64,000 bases of DNA. It comes from Eledone cirrhosa (lineage: Eukaryota). Positions 12,481 to 26,875 of the stretch are shown piece after piece. The stretch covers positions 47,864,001 to 47,928,000 of the forward strand of contig OZ024750.1 of NCBI GenBank assembly GCA_964016885.1, written 5' to 3'. The notes below the pieces were generated by a model. The model saw nothing but the letters and a program-made list of their open reading frames with translations. It was not told the origin of the DNA and did no database searches. How positions within the stretch are numbered: position 1 is the stretch's first letter; each line of letters opens with the position of its first letter. The position numbers and the translations under genes were made by a program.

Positions 12481-15022
12481 TAAGGTTGATGTATGGCGGT
12501 CTTTCGCTTGGTCGCTTATTAAAATAACCAAATATACATTTTGGAACCACATAGAAGAGTAAATTGCAAGCCCAAAATATTCCATAAGGATTTAATCATA
12601 GGTTTTCATAACGTAAGATCACTAACGACATTATACTTTTATATTTAACAACGGAAACAGTTTCATATTAAATTTGTAAATTAAAGAAATGACTGCAACC
12701 CCAGAGCCATATCATATTTTACGTTCATAACAACATCGTTTGATGTCCAAACATTCTCATTCATCGAAATCAAATCACAGTGTAAGACACACTATCTTTC
12801 AAATTATTTGTCAGCAAGCATGGGATTTTGTAGAACACCGCATTTAGCACATTCTAGAATCTATTTCACTTCATATTATAAACCATTTAAATGATATTGT
12901 TAATATATATACATTAGATTGCTGGAATACAAGGATAGGTAGTATGTTATGTAAAACAACATTGCGGTATTAGTTCCGGCTCTTTTCTTTCTGCGTTCAA
13001 ATCCCGTGGAGGCCAAATTAACATTTCATCTTTTAAGAATTAATAAAGAAGAGCTACCACGATTTAGTAAAACATACCACAGCATGAGGCGCATTCCAGA
13101 TTTTTTGCATTTCTGTCCAACGCAATTCATCTGATATTATATCTATCTATCACTGGGTTACGGATTTGCATGTTTGGTTAAGAGCTGCATAACACGTCAT
13201 TGCAGTATTCGTTCCGATTCTTTACAGTAGGTGTTTAAAACCTACTGAGGACAAATTATGAACGTATCCTGCCTGGGCCTAATAAAATACATTGCTAGAA
13301 ATAACATTCATGTCAATTCCTTCGTCTGCTCCCTATTCTAAACTGCCGGCAATGAGACTAAATTACGGATCATTAGAAGTATATATCTATATCTGTGTAA
13401 CTTCTTTGTCCCTATAAAGATGTTTATTGGAGAGGCTCATCAAATATAGAAAATGAATAATGAAACACATTTTGAGAGGTTACATGTTGACATCTTTCAA
13501 AATATCGTCATCAATCAACTACATTACAATTCGCATCCAGCTGTTATAGCCTTCATAATACGTTGTGGCTGCATGGTAAGGTGATTACCCCTAGCGATTA
13601 TTGGGGATTGAAACTTTAGGAGGTGTCTAAACTGAGGGCGGGAAATATTGGGATATATACCGCAAACGATGTTCTCAAAAGCTGTCAAATACCACCGAGA
13701 AGTAGTGACGTGTACTTTACTAAGCATCCTACCCATCCAATTTGAGGTACGTCAAAATTGAACTAAGCTGCATTTGAACTCAATGTGCTGAGAACAGCAT
13801 CAATCATAGAAAAATAAAAAGGATAATTTTCTAAGAAACCTGATGTTAATGGATTTTGATTAAGGCACAAGGCTAACAAATGTGAGGCGGGGCAAGTTCG
13901 TTAAATCGGATACAGTGCATAACTGCGTCTTTATTTTATCGATCATTTAAGGATGAAAGAAAACTAACTTCTGCCTTATTTCAAATCAGAATGTAAATGG
14001 CCTGAACTGTATACCAAATCACCTGTCTTGATGTTTAATTTAGGTTACAATCCCACGTAGTTCACCACCATTAATTGAATGGAACGTTATTTGATGTAAC
14101 CTCGAATGGGGAAACAACATTTCACTACGGCAGGAATTTGAACTTAGTACGCAACGCATTTTTGTCCAACCTTCGAAGATTCTGCTAAACAACTGTTCTC
14201 GAATATACATAATAATTCGATTTGAATGTTAAATAATATGCAGACGTATACACTAACATCATGGAGGGTAACAACATCGATATTGCTGTTTGATATTCGA
14301 GACCTCTGACGAAGATTAGGCCAGTTGTTTGATCAACGTAACAGTCTCAACGATTCTGCAGTCGTGAGTATGCTTAGTCTAGTTCTCATATAGATTCAGC
14401 ATATCACAACTTTTGTGTACTCTGATACTTTGCATTACAGATACACTGTTTTTACCAGCAAGTATTTCACTGAAGGTCACTCCTCAACGAAGAATATATA
14501 CCACACTTTCGTGTGCTGAGAGACCTGGCTGTTTCTCTATACACTATTTATCACAAAGGTATCGATAGTCTAGCAGTAGACATAGTTTTCATTCTAAGCG
14601 TTAAATATAACTTACTTTAATTCGATTCTCCTCGAGAAAAAATGTTCAATCATCAACAGATTAATATAGATAATGCGTCAATTTAAAATGTATTTCAGAT
14701 AATTTCATTTAATCGAAGAACCAATTTGAAAGTTAGCTACATAATAATATTTCAAATTCCGTTGGATAAAAAAAGAATATGGATATTAAAGCATGTTTAA
14801 TCTAGTTTTCAGCTACATATGGAACACGAAGTTAATCATTACAAAGCATGTGCAATTGAAAACGGTTTAAAAGCATAAATATAGATATCACTCTAAACGA
14901 AGTAACACGCATCTATCCATCACTCATTCCCTCTCAGTTACTATATATCTCTCTCCTTCTCACCCTCTCTCTATCTCTCTCTCTCTCTCTCTCCTTCTCA
15001 CCCTCTCTCTCTCCTTCTCACC

Positions 15023-15125
<103 letters not shown>

Positions 15126-16243
15126 CTAGGTCCAATGTCATTTCATTTGTTATATTTTCGATATGGAAGCGATGATGTGGGGCTTTGATATAATCTTATA
15201 TCTACACCTCTCTCAGGCACATTATCATATTATTACATTCATCTAAGTTATTATCAAACATGCTCCAGCAACTATTTTTACAATCTTGCACTTTCCTCTT
15301 CGTTTCTGCGTGTTCTACCGTAACTACAATGGTCTCAGTTCTTCAGAACTCATTTGTCTCCTATTAGTCGCATTCCGACACAATAGACTGACACCTCTCT
15401 CTCTCACCATCATTATAAATGTTATGGTCAACTCTCCTCCATTTATATCGATCGAGATGATCAAGACTTCCACCCCAGTATGTCGACCGTACGGATTCCC
15501 CTGCTCTTGTTTCAGGCAATTACTGAACTGCACCAATGGAGGTGGAAACTTAACTGAACCACTCTTAACCGGCCTTAATATTTTTGTGCATTACCTCCTC
15601 CCCATACGCGTGAAGCAAAATGAGAAGCAAACAAATATAATACTCAATGAATGTATTCATACGAACCACAAAGACGTTATTACATACGGTTGCTAACACT
15701 AAGAATAATGGACTAACTTGAGCACCAAAAAGCGAAATCACTATCATGATGACATACAGATTCTCCTCCATTTTGAGTACATCAAATTAAGTTCTTTGTT
15801 CTTCTGTAATTCACATATATCTTTCTAGAGGTAATAAAAAATAATGCTTTGTCAAAATTTATTTCTCTTTGTCTCCGTGAATATTATTTTTCATTGAACA
15901 CAAATGGAGATATGGCAGAATGAAGATAGTTTATTTCTATTCAGTTTTTTATTTGAATATTTTACATGAAATTATATCTTCCATTTCACGAACAAAAGCG
16001 CTCTCCAATTTAAATCAAATTTAATTAAATTTATTTTTTTTTATTCTATATTCCTACAGAATATATTTGGCGCTAATTCTAATCTACTGGGTAATTGTAA
16101 ATTATCGGTATCAATAAATATATCGTGAAGCTAATTCTCTCCACCACACTAAAATCTATGTATTCATGCATGTATATATTTATATATAGATATCTCTCTA
16201 AATCGCACGCTGGTGGGCTAATCTCTGTTGTACTCTCTCTCGC

Positions 16244-16281
<38 letters not shown>

Positions 16282-19259
16282 GGGGGGGAGTGCGTGCCAG
16301 TGAGTGCATGTGTGTAATTTCCATTTGCCTGAATGCATCGAAGTATCTATTCACATATTAATGTTGTACGCATTGCATTGATGTGTTGTACCACCACATC
16401 CTTCATGATTTTATTGAATTATTTCGACAACAATTCCCGTTTTATATTAATTTGTTCAATATATATTGAACAAACATTGATGTTTACCTGCTGAGATATG
16501 CTGCTTCCAGGAAGTTACATCATGTACTAATGTTCGACCGGTTTCGACGAAAACACTCTCTTAATTTATAACTTCTCTATTCGAAGATAAATTACGACAT
16601 AGAAGGTATATGGCGGAAAATGACTGAGTATTTGTTTCAACTCATTCTCGCTTGAGTTTAAATTTATTGTACAGTACTACCGCTGATTATTTCCTGTATC
16701 ATGTGGTACTTTTCAGGAAGAGATTGACAGTGTCCGAATTGACCAGAGACCGAACGAGTGCATAATTTAAAATATTTTGCCTTTTCATTTAGAGTGCATA
16801 TTGCCACTCCATTATCTTTTGTCGAAAAGGCTAAAAGATTATTTGATCCTTTGTGCATCTTATACCTCCACATTTTGTTTGGAAGAAGTTAGCAGCATTC
16901 CGATGCTAAAACACGGAATGCGTCAACCATATTCTTAATTTTGTTTATATTTTTATATTGCACTTGTCCTTAGGATGTTTCTTTTGACAATATCCGAAAT
17001 CACAGCCTTTCCTGATTAGGAACAGCTTCACTATATCGTTTATGTACATGTATTACTGTTTGAATTTGAGGAGTATCAATTTATAAACCTACACTGTATA
17101 CTTATTTTACTGTCGGGGACAACTAATGTTTAACTGGAATTTCTAAATGGATAATCTATGGTGAGAAACAAGTAACACTTTTGTGGATAGTGTGTGCCAT
17201 TTATTGTATGTAAATAAATCTTTTGAAGGCATAACTACAATATTAGTAGAAATGGATAATTATTTTCCATTTCGTGTAACTCAGTAAACACATGCTGAAA
17301 AGCCGCAAGGTAATTGGAATAGGAATAAAATATATTTATCTGCATTTTCTTATATGTTCTTGTTAATTCATTATATGCAAATCCTTTACCCACGTCTTTT
17401 TTGTATCTATACGTTTATGGTTTGTCAAAATCCATACCATAGCGATACATATAACAATTCAGCAAGTAAAGGCTTAAAATCAGTTTAATATTTCATAAAT
17501 ATAAACGGCATCACGTATGAAAAATCATCTGGCTTCATAAAATATGATTTTGAGGCAAATATTCGAAAATTGTTCAAATTTGTAATTGTATTTAAGTTAT
17601 ATTTCATTTATATTGTTTTTAAATATTGCTTTACAATTAAAATTGCAAATGAAAGCAAACTGACAAATAATCAGTGAAATTCTAATTCAATGACTTGAAT
17701 ACAAGTTAACATATTTCATCAGTTATTCTGTTTCGATCGTTATCGATTGCGTCACATACAGAAAATTCCTAAATTACCACCATTTTTCATTATTTTGTGA
17801 AAAGATTATTTCAATAACGTAAATTTGAAGATATAATCGCAATTATTGTTACGATTAATAATTGCAATGAAACATGTTAATATGAGCTGTAGTTGTTGGT
17901 GGACGAAATATTGATCTCAATATAAGCACTGGGAATTTAATTGTATGAACATGTTGGCAAAACAACCATTGATAAATATTAAAGATGTGTGGCCTCATGG
18001 ATTGTATTTATATATTTGTCGTTTAATATTTGTTCGTTCTTCTAATGCTTCGCTACTACTGACTAATAAACATGTATTTTCATAAGGTGGGCCTTGTACA
18101 GCCTTTTTAGTGTTGTATTTGTAACGCTTCACAAATAACCTGGAAAATATGAATATTGATATTTTCTTAGAACCAGTTATTATATCCCCGCTTTACCCGG
18201 AACCTTTAGCCAACAATGTTTCGTTGGTTCATATATCCGGATGGTAATAATCTCTATCTGAATATGAATATGTTCTGCTTGATAATGGGTTTGCATTAGA
18301 CACATGAGCCGTTTGCAAATGTTTGCATTGAGAAAAATAATCAAAACTATTTAAAACATCATTAGCAACACATAGAAAACAATATTTGGTAGTTTGTGTT
18401 GCAAATCAAAAATACAATATCGACCGTATCAACGAAGCAGCTAAAAAATAAAGAATGCAGAAGAAAACATCTGAAATAGGACTAATCCAATCTAAACATT
18501 AAAACAGAAATATGACGAACAAATACAATTATCTCTTGAAATGGAGCGAAAAATATAAATAATTATATTATCGGAGTTAATTCTAATACTGGTAAAATGG
18601 AAATTTTTTTTCAAAAATTGTTTTGCTTTCGCACGCATGATCAGTAAGTCAGTCTTGACACAAGTTTGCTAGTGTTCGCCATTTTGAACTTTCTAAATAT
18701 TTTACGAATAGTTATTATATTAATACTGAATATCAATCGTTTGTTCGCAGATTTTGAAAGCAATACTAATATTGGATTGAGAGAGAATTTCATTCATGTT
18801 ACACAGCAAATCATTTAACACAGCCAAATTAAATATGTTTTACGTTTTACAGAAACACAAAATACACATGGCGTATTAAAATATCTGGCTTTTTTAATGT
18901 GGTATGGCATTCTATTCTAGACTTATAAAAAACACTGTGGTTATTTTTTACAGAAAGTGTCTCGAGCTTGGAGCTTTATTCCGTTCTTCACAGCATTAAA
19001 CCTTTACCATTTAAAACGGCCGTATCCAGCCAGAATTCTCTCACATTTTTCTGTTTAAACCGACAATAACTAGCCACTCATACTGATGTTAACGTATTGT
19101 TCTCAAAACATATCATATGAAAATCACATAGATTCAATATTTATATGAGATGAAACTTTTACTGATATAATACAATAGTGAATATAGAGTAATGTAAATG
19201 CCAAAGAGTAAAATCAGTCCATCGAAAAGTTAAACTCCAATGTGTTGCTTAAATTCATT

Positions 19260-19382
19260 TTCAGCTGAGTATACATGGGCAAAATGAAATAAAGTGTTTC
19301 GCTGAAGAACTCAATACAAAATCGAGGCCTGTAATCGAACTCATGTCATGATGATCGTAGGTCCACCAGCATTATCACTAGG
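19260..19382 (-). mobile_element. Decayed tRNA-SINE of a second family
   Basis: tgaaataaagtgt...atcgaactc is similar to 55990-56050. Confidence 0.5.
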
Positions 19383-19699
19383 TGAATTTGTTGTTATTGT
19401 GCTAACATTAGGAATCATTAGTATTACTGTTATCAGAATGGTTAGAACGTCGGTAAAAATATATAGCGACAGTTACATACAGTTTCTACATTCTGGGTTT
19501 ACATTCTGTTGAGGTTAACTTTAACTTGATCCTTCCGGTGTTGATAACATACAGTTCAGGCCAAGTACTGGAATCGACATGATTAAATATCCCCGTCCAC
19601 CAAAAGTGTTAGCCTTTTGCCTGCATCAATAACCACCACTACTACTACTAGTACTACTACTACTACTACTACTACTACTTATATTATTATTATTATTGT

Positions 19700-19885
19700 G
19701 AATTGGCAATATCGGTAGATGGTTGGAGGCCATGCTTTCTAGGATAGTTACGTCCCGTTACAGTCTGAGTTCAAATCCCGCCGAGGTTAACTTTGCCTTT
19801 CATCCTTACGGGGTCGATAAAATAAAGTACCAGTAATGTACTGGGTAATTACAGGCGTTGTGCCTAAAGTAGAAACAATTATTAT
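19700..19885 (+). mobile_element. tRNA-derived SINE, full-length copy
   Basis: A-box, B-box gagttcaaatcccgccgagg, core and aacaattatt end. Confidence 0.88.
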
Positions 19886-20689
19886 TATTATTAGCGTGAC
19901 CAACATTATTGACCTCTATCGGCACTAATTATTACCGATATTATTATTGTCTATTTCCTTTCGGTAATTTCTCCTTCGCCTTCATTGCTCGAATGTACCC
20001 ACTTCCAACACAAATCGAAAACTCACCCCAAAATCATTGGCAAAAAGTGGCCCAAAATTAACACCACCGCAGGGCACCAATGGAAATTCTGACACGAAAA
20101 ACAATTTAGAGCCGGGAATAAATCGGAAAAAAATAGATTTGCGCAATCTGAAGAAAAGTGGGGACAGACGAGCACCTCGGCATTTTTCACAAAAGAGAGA
20201 ACCAAAGATAATAATTCAATAAGCTACCCTATAACGGGAGTAACAATATCTACCACAAAAACAAGAAGGAAGTGAAACAAAGAGCAAGAAGAACAAGATA
20301 CCGTGCATGCGAGGAATCGACAACGAGAGGAGAACAAGAACGATCGTTACCTCTATATCACTACTAGCAGAAGCAATGGAAACACTAATGAAAACTCAAC
20401 ACCAAACAATGGTCCACGATTTCACGACTGTCCTGGAGGAACCCATTAAGTTAATGGTATTGTAAGACAGGCACTATGATATAACATCATGTAGGCCGGA
20501 CTTAAATGAATTCCTCGCATAAACAAAGCAGGTAGTACGTTAATCCAGAAAATAGCAGGAATCTACACAGAACCCCAAGAAAGGAAACGCTTCAAAGATA
20601 CTTCAGGAATGCTTTGAGCACTCTAAAAAACAAAAACCTTAAAGCTTTGGATTATTAACACACTTTGAAGTGGTTGAATATTCCACTGC

Positions 20690-21030
20690 AACGAAAAGCT
20701 CATCAACTTCTTCGAACAGCATTTGAGGAGGAATGTGGGTAGAGAAGGAGGTTTACTTTAAACGTGTTGTATGAAAAATGAAGGTGAGCAATGTGGTTGA
20801 CTATGTTCAATGGGCGTACTCTATATTTTCTATGTAAGGGGAAATAAAGAAGAAAGCAATTTCAATGTATATAAGACGATAGGGTAATAGGGTTTATCTA
20901 ATAGATAGAACTATAGTCATATATTATTTTTCGGGCTAATTATTACAATTACTGTTACCATTCCACCTACTGTTTTCTATTTGGTAATGTGTCCCCTTTG
21001 TGTTACAGGAAAGACAACCAACTCTGTGTT
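20690..21030 (+). mobile_element. Possible L1/Tx1-type LINE 3' remnant
   Basis: Translation LINFFEQHLRRNV resembles, from memory, the C-terminus of cephalopod Tx1-like ORF2; decayed. Confidence 0.3.
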
Positions 21031-21522
21031 ATTTTCCTTGTATTGTCCCCAATAACTTAGGCCATCGGAGCAAATCAAAGGAATAACCATGATTATCGTC
21101 AACATTGTCATTATTATTATTAAAAATATTCTTATTACTATTATTTTTACTTCGTGGAGATATCAAATCTTTCCAAATGTTTACGCAACCATACGCACTC
21201 TTTGTGTTCTTCATCAAATTATTCCAAACATCAATGGAAATTCAATAATTGCCAAACGAAGAGTTGATACATGGCTTGGTCTATTCTTTTACATTCACAG
21301 ATAAATTGTGTTAGAGATAAATTGCATTCACAATTGTTGGCCTTATCGTAAATTTGAAGCGCTACTGTCCAGCAAAATGAAGCGTAAAGTTATTAAGTAA
21401 TTATCAAATCAATACTGGGTCTAGAAGAAAATCTTTCGCTCCTATCTCTTTATAAGGGTTTCGCAAGTAGCAGCAGTATTATAATGGAAGCTTGTTAAAC
21501 ATCTACCCTCACATCCTCTCTA

Positions 21523-21555
<33 letters not shown>

Positions 21556-22064
21556 AATAATATGATCGGTGCAGACGAAAAACAGTTGCACCGAGAGATT
21601 TCATGACCTAAAAATCTAACATAAATATGAAACATTTATTATGAGGAAGCGCCATATCGTGGCTGAGGCAGATTTGGCAAACCGTCCCATAACAAATAAT
21701 TGTTTCTACTTTAGGCACAATGCCAGCAATTAGCTCAGGGTATAATTGGTACTTTATTTTATCGGCCCCGTAAGGATAAACTAATGTACCCATAAGAAAT
21801 AATGATAGAACAGGAGAAAGAACAAGTAAGGTTGGAAGTTTCAAAGGGGAAGTTACTTGAGTATGAATGTATTTTTATTTTTTGAAAATCGCCAAGAAAA
21901 CTATATACAATATAAATCACTAGCCAATATACTCGCCAGCTGGTCAAGTTGGAATGAAAATGGACGTCAGAGAGGCGAGTAACATATCTAAGGAGATAAG
22001 TTCTATTATTGTAAAATAAGTATAAAGAAAGAAATGCGCCCCCCCCCCCCCCCCATATATATAC

Positions 22065-22118
<54 letters not shown>

Positions 22119-22264
22119 CTCTCTTCCACATACCGGGTAAATGGTTAAACTAAATATGGTAATATGGGGAAGATGAGAGGTAGATGCATATGTATGTGTG
22201 TGTGTGTGTGTGTGTGAAATATGTTTTACTCCTCTCTGTGTATAATAAGGGTACAGATATATCA

Positions 22265-22383
22265 ATAATTGTTTCTACGTTAGGCACAAGGCCAGCAAAC
22301 ACCCAGTGTATTACTGGTACTTTATTTTATCGACCCCGTAAGGATGAAAGGCAAAGTTAACCTCGGCGGGATTTGAACTCAGA
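22265..22383 (-). mobile_element. tRNA-SINE partial copy (another partial at 21697-21777)
   Basis: Reverse complement of the SINE core and B-box. Confidence 0.85.
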
Positions 22384-22728
22384 TAATGTTCATGAAATAT
22401 TAATCTAACTGTCGTGGAACCCCAATTTCTCACCATACGGAGAAATGGGGAGAGCGAGAGAGATGGATGCGATGATAGTGGGAGTTCGGCTCTTCCATGT
22501 TCGGACCAAATGCTTTTGGTTGCGTTCATCAAGCACTGAATTATTGTGAGGGTACTCACTTTCCAAATGTGCTCAACCTGACATACCCCACACTTAATGA
22601 GGTGCGATGAGGTTCGTCCGGGTGACATTTCTGCAAATAATTCGTGGAATTAGGAGAATACTGATAGGTTACATACTGACAGATTACATACCTAGTGTTG
22701 CAGGAGTAGGTTTAGGAGAAGATATAAC

Positions 22729-22803
22729 CCTCTATATATGTATGACTTACACTATTTGTTTCAATGATCACTGAGCAGGAAATGTTGATCGATGCGATGT
22801 TGT

Positions 22804-22855
<52 letters not shown>

Positions 22856-22930
22856 ACTAGATTGGATCGATCAACATTTCCTACTCGGTGATCATCGTAA
22901 CACATAGTATAAGTCATAAATATATAGAGG
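22729..22930. repeat. Diverged inverted repeat with (TA)n at its centre
   Basis: tatgacttacacta...gcaggaaatgttgatcgat versus atcgatcaacatttcctac...tagtataagtcata. Confidence 0.8.
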
Positions 22931-23047
22931 ATTATGATTCCAGTCGCTCATTGAAGTAATAGCCCAACCAGGATCTGGGCATATCAGAGTATTGACAATG
23001 TTAAATACCTCAACAACATGTGTACCCGCCTCTACCACACTAATTCG

Positions 23048-23106
23048 GACTGCCTGATGAGGTCACAGCCAAAGAAGGCTGTCACCGAAATATAAATATA
23101 GCAGTT
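23048..23106 (+). ncRNA. Canonical type-I hammerhead ribozyme
   Basis: gactgc-CTGATGA-ggt(c)acagcc-aaagaa-ggctgt(c)acc-GAAA-tataaata-TA-gcagtt. All three stems and the full catalytic core are present. Confidence 0.88.
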
Positions 23107-23171
23107 ATAAACGAAGCCACATTTTAGTTTATATATATATATATATATATATAGTTAGATAAATATATATA

Positions 23172-23206
<35 letters not shown>

Positions 23207-23223
23207 TTAGATAAATATATATA

Positions 23224-23269
<46 letters not shown>

Positions 23270-23580
23270 TATATATGTTGTTTTCCTTTGTTTTTCTTAT
23301 TCCTTCCTTTTCTTTCTTTTTTATTTCTTCCTATCTTTATCTATCTCTTTCTTTTCTCAATACATTTCTCTTTCTCTCCGATACTTCTACAGGTTTCTTT
23401 CTCTTTTCTTTCTCTCTCTCTGTCATTGTTCTTTTCTCTTTCTTTCTCTCCGTCTTTTTCTAATTGTGCTTAACACTATGACTTATTATATAAACAAATC
23501 ACTATCCAGACAGCCTCCAGAAGTAATGGTTGTATTTTAAATGGTACGTCAAACCTATTTGTAAAGCTGTTATATATTGT

Positions 23581-23643
23581 ATTTTGTCTGATGAAGGCAT
23601 ACCATAATTTAATGTGGTATCCCTGAAATATGTATAATGAAAT
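23581..23643 (+). ncRNA. Type-I hammerhead ribozyme (family D)
   Basis: attttgt-CTGATGA-agg(c)ataccat...gtggtat(c)cct-GAAA-tatgta-TA-atgaaat. Confidence 0.8.
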
Positions 23644-23707
23644 AAATATGCTTTTATAAATATAGTTTCCATTTATTAATATCGTATATATATATATATA
23701 TATATAT

Positions 23708-23946
23708 AGTAATAATAATAAAATTGAAGACTAAAATCCAAAGAGGGCTCGATAAGGAAAATATATATCAAATATATAAGAACCGTAGAGCAAATATTTA
23801 AAAAAATAACAGTTTAAAGTTTAAGCAAAGAATCGGTGCTTTCACCCTTAACGGGATCTTCTGAAACTAACAATTTGTTAGTTTCAGAAGATCCCGTTAA
23901 GGGTGAAAGCAGCGATTTTTTGCTTAAACTTTAATCTGTTATTTTA

Positions 23947-23952
<6 letters not shown>
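23708..23952. mobile_element. PLE family B asymmetric palindrome (about 90-nt tail plus about 155-bp hairpin)
   Basis: Arms around the centre gaaactaacaa-t-ttgttagtttc; matches 34572-34740; (TA)n flanks. Confidence 0.85.
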
Positions 23953-23976
<24 letters not shown>

Positions 23977-23977
<1 letters not shown>

Positions 23978-24099
23978 GGAAAATGTATGACCCTGACGGC
24001 AGCAGGGTCACACATTTTCCTATTAGCCACACTAATACTTTAAGCATTGAGTACTCTGGTGATTTATGGTACATCTGGTACCTTTCTACAAAACTTTCG

Positions 24100-24190
<91 letters not shown>

Positions 24191-24371
24191 AACCAGTAAG
24201 ACCCCGACAGCTGAGCTCAAGCCGTTTCGACGGCTAATTCAGAATTAGTCGTCGAAACGGCTTGAGCTCAGCTGTCGGGTCTTACTGGTTCCTATTACAC
24301 ACTCTACTACCTCAAGTATTGAGTACTTTGGTGCGTTATGGTCCACCTGGTTCCTTACCACATTTCCTTCG

Positions 24372-24374
<3 letters not shown>
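23977..24374. mobile_element. Two family C asymmetric palindromic elements (23977-24101, 24187-24374)
   Basis: ggaac...gaccccgacagctgagctcaagccgtttcgacggctaatt hairpin followed by an ~80-nt tail (...gagtactttggtgcgttatggtccacctggttccttaccacatttccttcgtt); (TA)n flanks. Confidence 0.85.
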
Positions 24375-24423
<49 letters not shown>

Positions 24424-24556
24424 ATATATATATATCATGTACTCGCAGTCACTTCACGCCATGAAACCGGGATAAGAACCGACCAAATGAGCCTCCTGGC
24501 TAAAGACAGACTTTAGACTTTTTATATATATATATGCATATACACACACATATAAC

Positions 24557-24715
<159 letters not shown>

Positions 24716-25070
24716 CATATTGTTGATTTCGGATTTACAGAAATCTCACTTAGATATTCACTAATTTCCCAGTGCGGTCCAGGTATGTTATATATACAGA
24801 TATTTGTATATATGGATGTATCTATGTATATTGTTATATGTATATATACATATATGTGTGTATTTCCTTTTCTCACTAGTCAGTTCCTTTGTTGCTACAG
24901 TTCACGCAGCTAAATTAGCGGTCGCTATTTTCAATTTGCAAAGCCCTTTCAACTGTATGTTATTACTCTGAGGTTTATTCCTTGTCGAGTGCTGAAGGCA
25001 TTCGTTGGCTTGGCTGCTGATCGAACTTCGAATATGATGTACTATGTATATATAAAAATATATATATATA

Positions 25071-25726
25071 TATTGTTATATTTGGGGAGGGTCATATTTG
25101 CGTAATATTGCCAGAATTAATAACAGAACACACTCACTGTTTGGTTGGTTTTCGCTTCTCGCTGTCTTTTATATCTGCGATCTAACTTACTCGGTCCTCA
25201 ATGTTGCCATTGACTGACCGGCGGTCAAAAATAATACGGATACAATATAGACACAAACACATATATATAGTTTACATAATTCACATAAATCTTTCGTTGC
25301 ACATCTGCAACATCGTCAGTGGTGTTATATTCATTGTTCCTCCTGTTGTGTTGTATGTCTACGCCATTTTTTATTCAGTCTGAATAAAAAATGGCGTAGA
25401 CATACAACACAACAGGAGGAACAATGAATATAACACCACTGACGATGTTGCAGATGTGCAACGAAAGATTTATGTGAATTATGTAAACTATATATATGTG
25501 TTTGTGTCTATATTGTATCCGTATTATTTTTGACCGCCGGTCAGTCAATGGCAACATTGAGGACCGAGTAAGTTAGATCGCAGATATAAAAGACAGCGAG
25601 AAGCGAAAACCAACCAAACAGTGAGTGTGTTCTGTTATTAATTCTGGCAATATTACGCAAATATGACCCTCCCCAAATATAACAATATCTGTTTTGACAC
25701 ACGATTTCATATAAAAAACCTCGCTA

Positions 25727-25730
<4 letters not shown>
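25071..25730. mobile_element. 617-bp palindrome (centre 25379) made of the PLE family A 3' end, plus ~43-nt tail
   Basis: Mirror ORFs 25201-25383(+) and 25375-25557(-) differ only at the last residue. The right arm matches 45978-46308, the 3' end of a GIY-YIG element. HHR at 25434-25476(+) with its mirror at 25282-25324(-). Confidence 0.92.
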
Positions 25731-25781
<51 letters not shown>

Positions 25782-25845
25782 TATTTATATGGTGGCTGCC
25801 AACTCGTTTCTAGTACGGCCACTACTATATATATATATATAGGCA

Positions 25846-26762
25846 TATAGGGAGAAAAAAAAACTCTTATTAGGAAGAAAAATATTTTTGTTCCTAATTT
25901 TGTTCTCTATTTTCTGGGTTAGAAAATGTTTAAGACAACATATTTTACTCTTTGGGAAGTTTTAAGGTATTACTCAATGTATGTATTAATTAACAATAGC
26001 ATTTATTTATTTATTTATTTATTTGATGATTACCAATTGCCGGTTTCAGCTTATGTATTATCAAATAATGTTAGTGGGAGAGAAAAAAAAGGTGAATTGT
26101 ATTTGTTAATGTGATGTTGAACATGTTATTGAAATGGGAAAGAAAGAATAATATTATTTACACACAATATTTTTCAAGTTATAAACGGGTGATGTGGAAC
26201 ATGATATGGTAATGGGAAAGAAATAATATTATTTAAAAGCATCCTATTTTGAGGATAATTCAGAGACGGACATTTGCCTCCATCAAGGATCAACTTCTTT
26301 AAGCGATCTTGCCATAATAACATTTTTTTAACTACATATCCTCAAAATACAATGCTTGAAAATAATATTATTCTTTCTTTCCCATTACATTATCATGTTC
26401 CACATCACCCTTTTTTTGACTTCAAAAACCTTGTTTGAAAATAATATTATTTTTTTTATTTCCCGCTTCAATAACATGTTCAACATCACCTTAACCAATA
26501 CAATTCACCTTTTTTTTTCTCTCCCACTCACATAATTCGATAATGCATAAAATGCTGAAACCGGTAATTGATAATCATTAAATAAATAAATTAATAAATA
26601 AATAATTCAATGCTGTTGTTAATAAATAAATAAATTAACTAATACCTTAACACTTCACACAAGGTAAAATATTTTGTTTAAACATGTCCTAATCCAGATA
26701 AAGAGAATAAAATAGAGAAAAAAATATATATTTCTTCCTAATAATCATATTTTATCCCTATA
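25846..26762. mobile_element. Foldback/MITE-like element with ~420-bp diverged inverted arms
   Basis: tataggg...ttattaggaagaaa versus tttcttcctaataa...ccctata; internal subrepeats gtgatgttgaacatg; TA flanks. Confidence 0.7.
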
Positions 26763-26832
26763 TATATATATATATATATATATACATGCATATATTCCAA
26801 CTCGTGTGCTCCTTCTCCACATTGTATAATTA

Positions 26833-26875
<43 letters not shown>

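Noticed and set aside
16664-16873. 69-aa ORF as a host exon
   Set aside because: No recognisable domain and no consistent splice sites.
18165-18205. Possible minus-strand Helitron 3' end
   Set aside because: Hairpin is weak, the end reads CTGG rather than CTAG, and no 5' end was found.
25201-25557. Duplicated 60-aa ORF MLPLTDRRSK... (also 45876-46142)
   Set aside because: Antisense reading of the PLE 3' UTR, duplicated by the palindrome.
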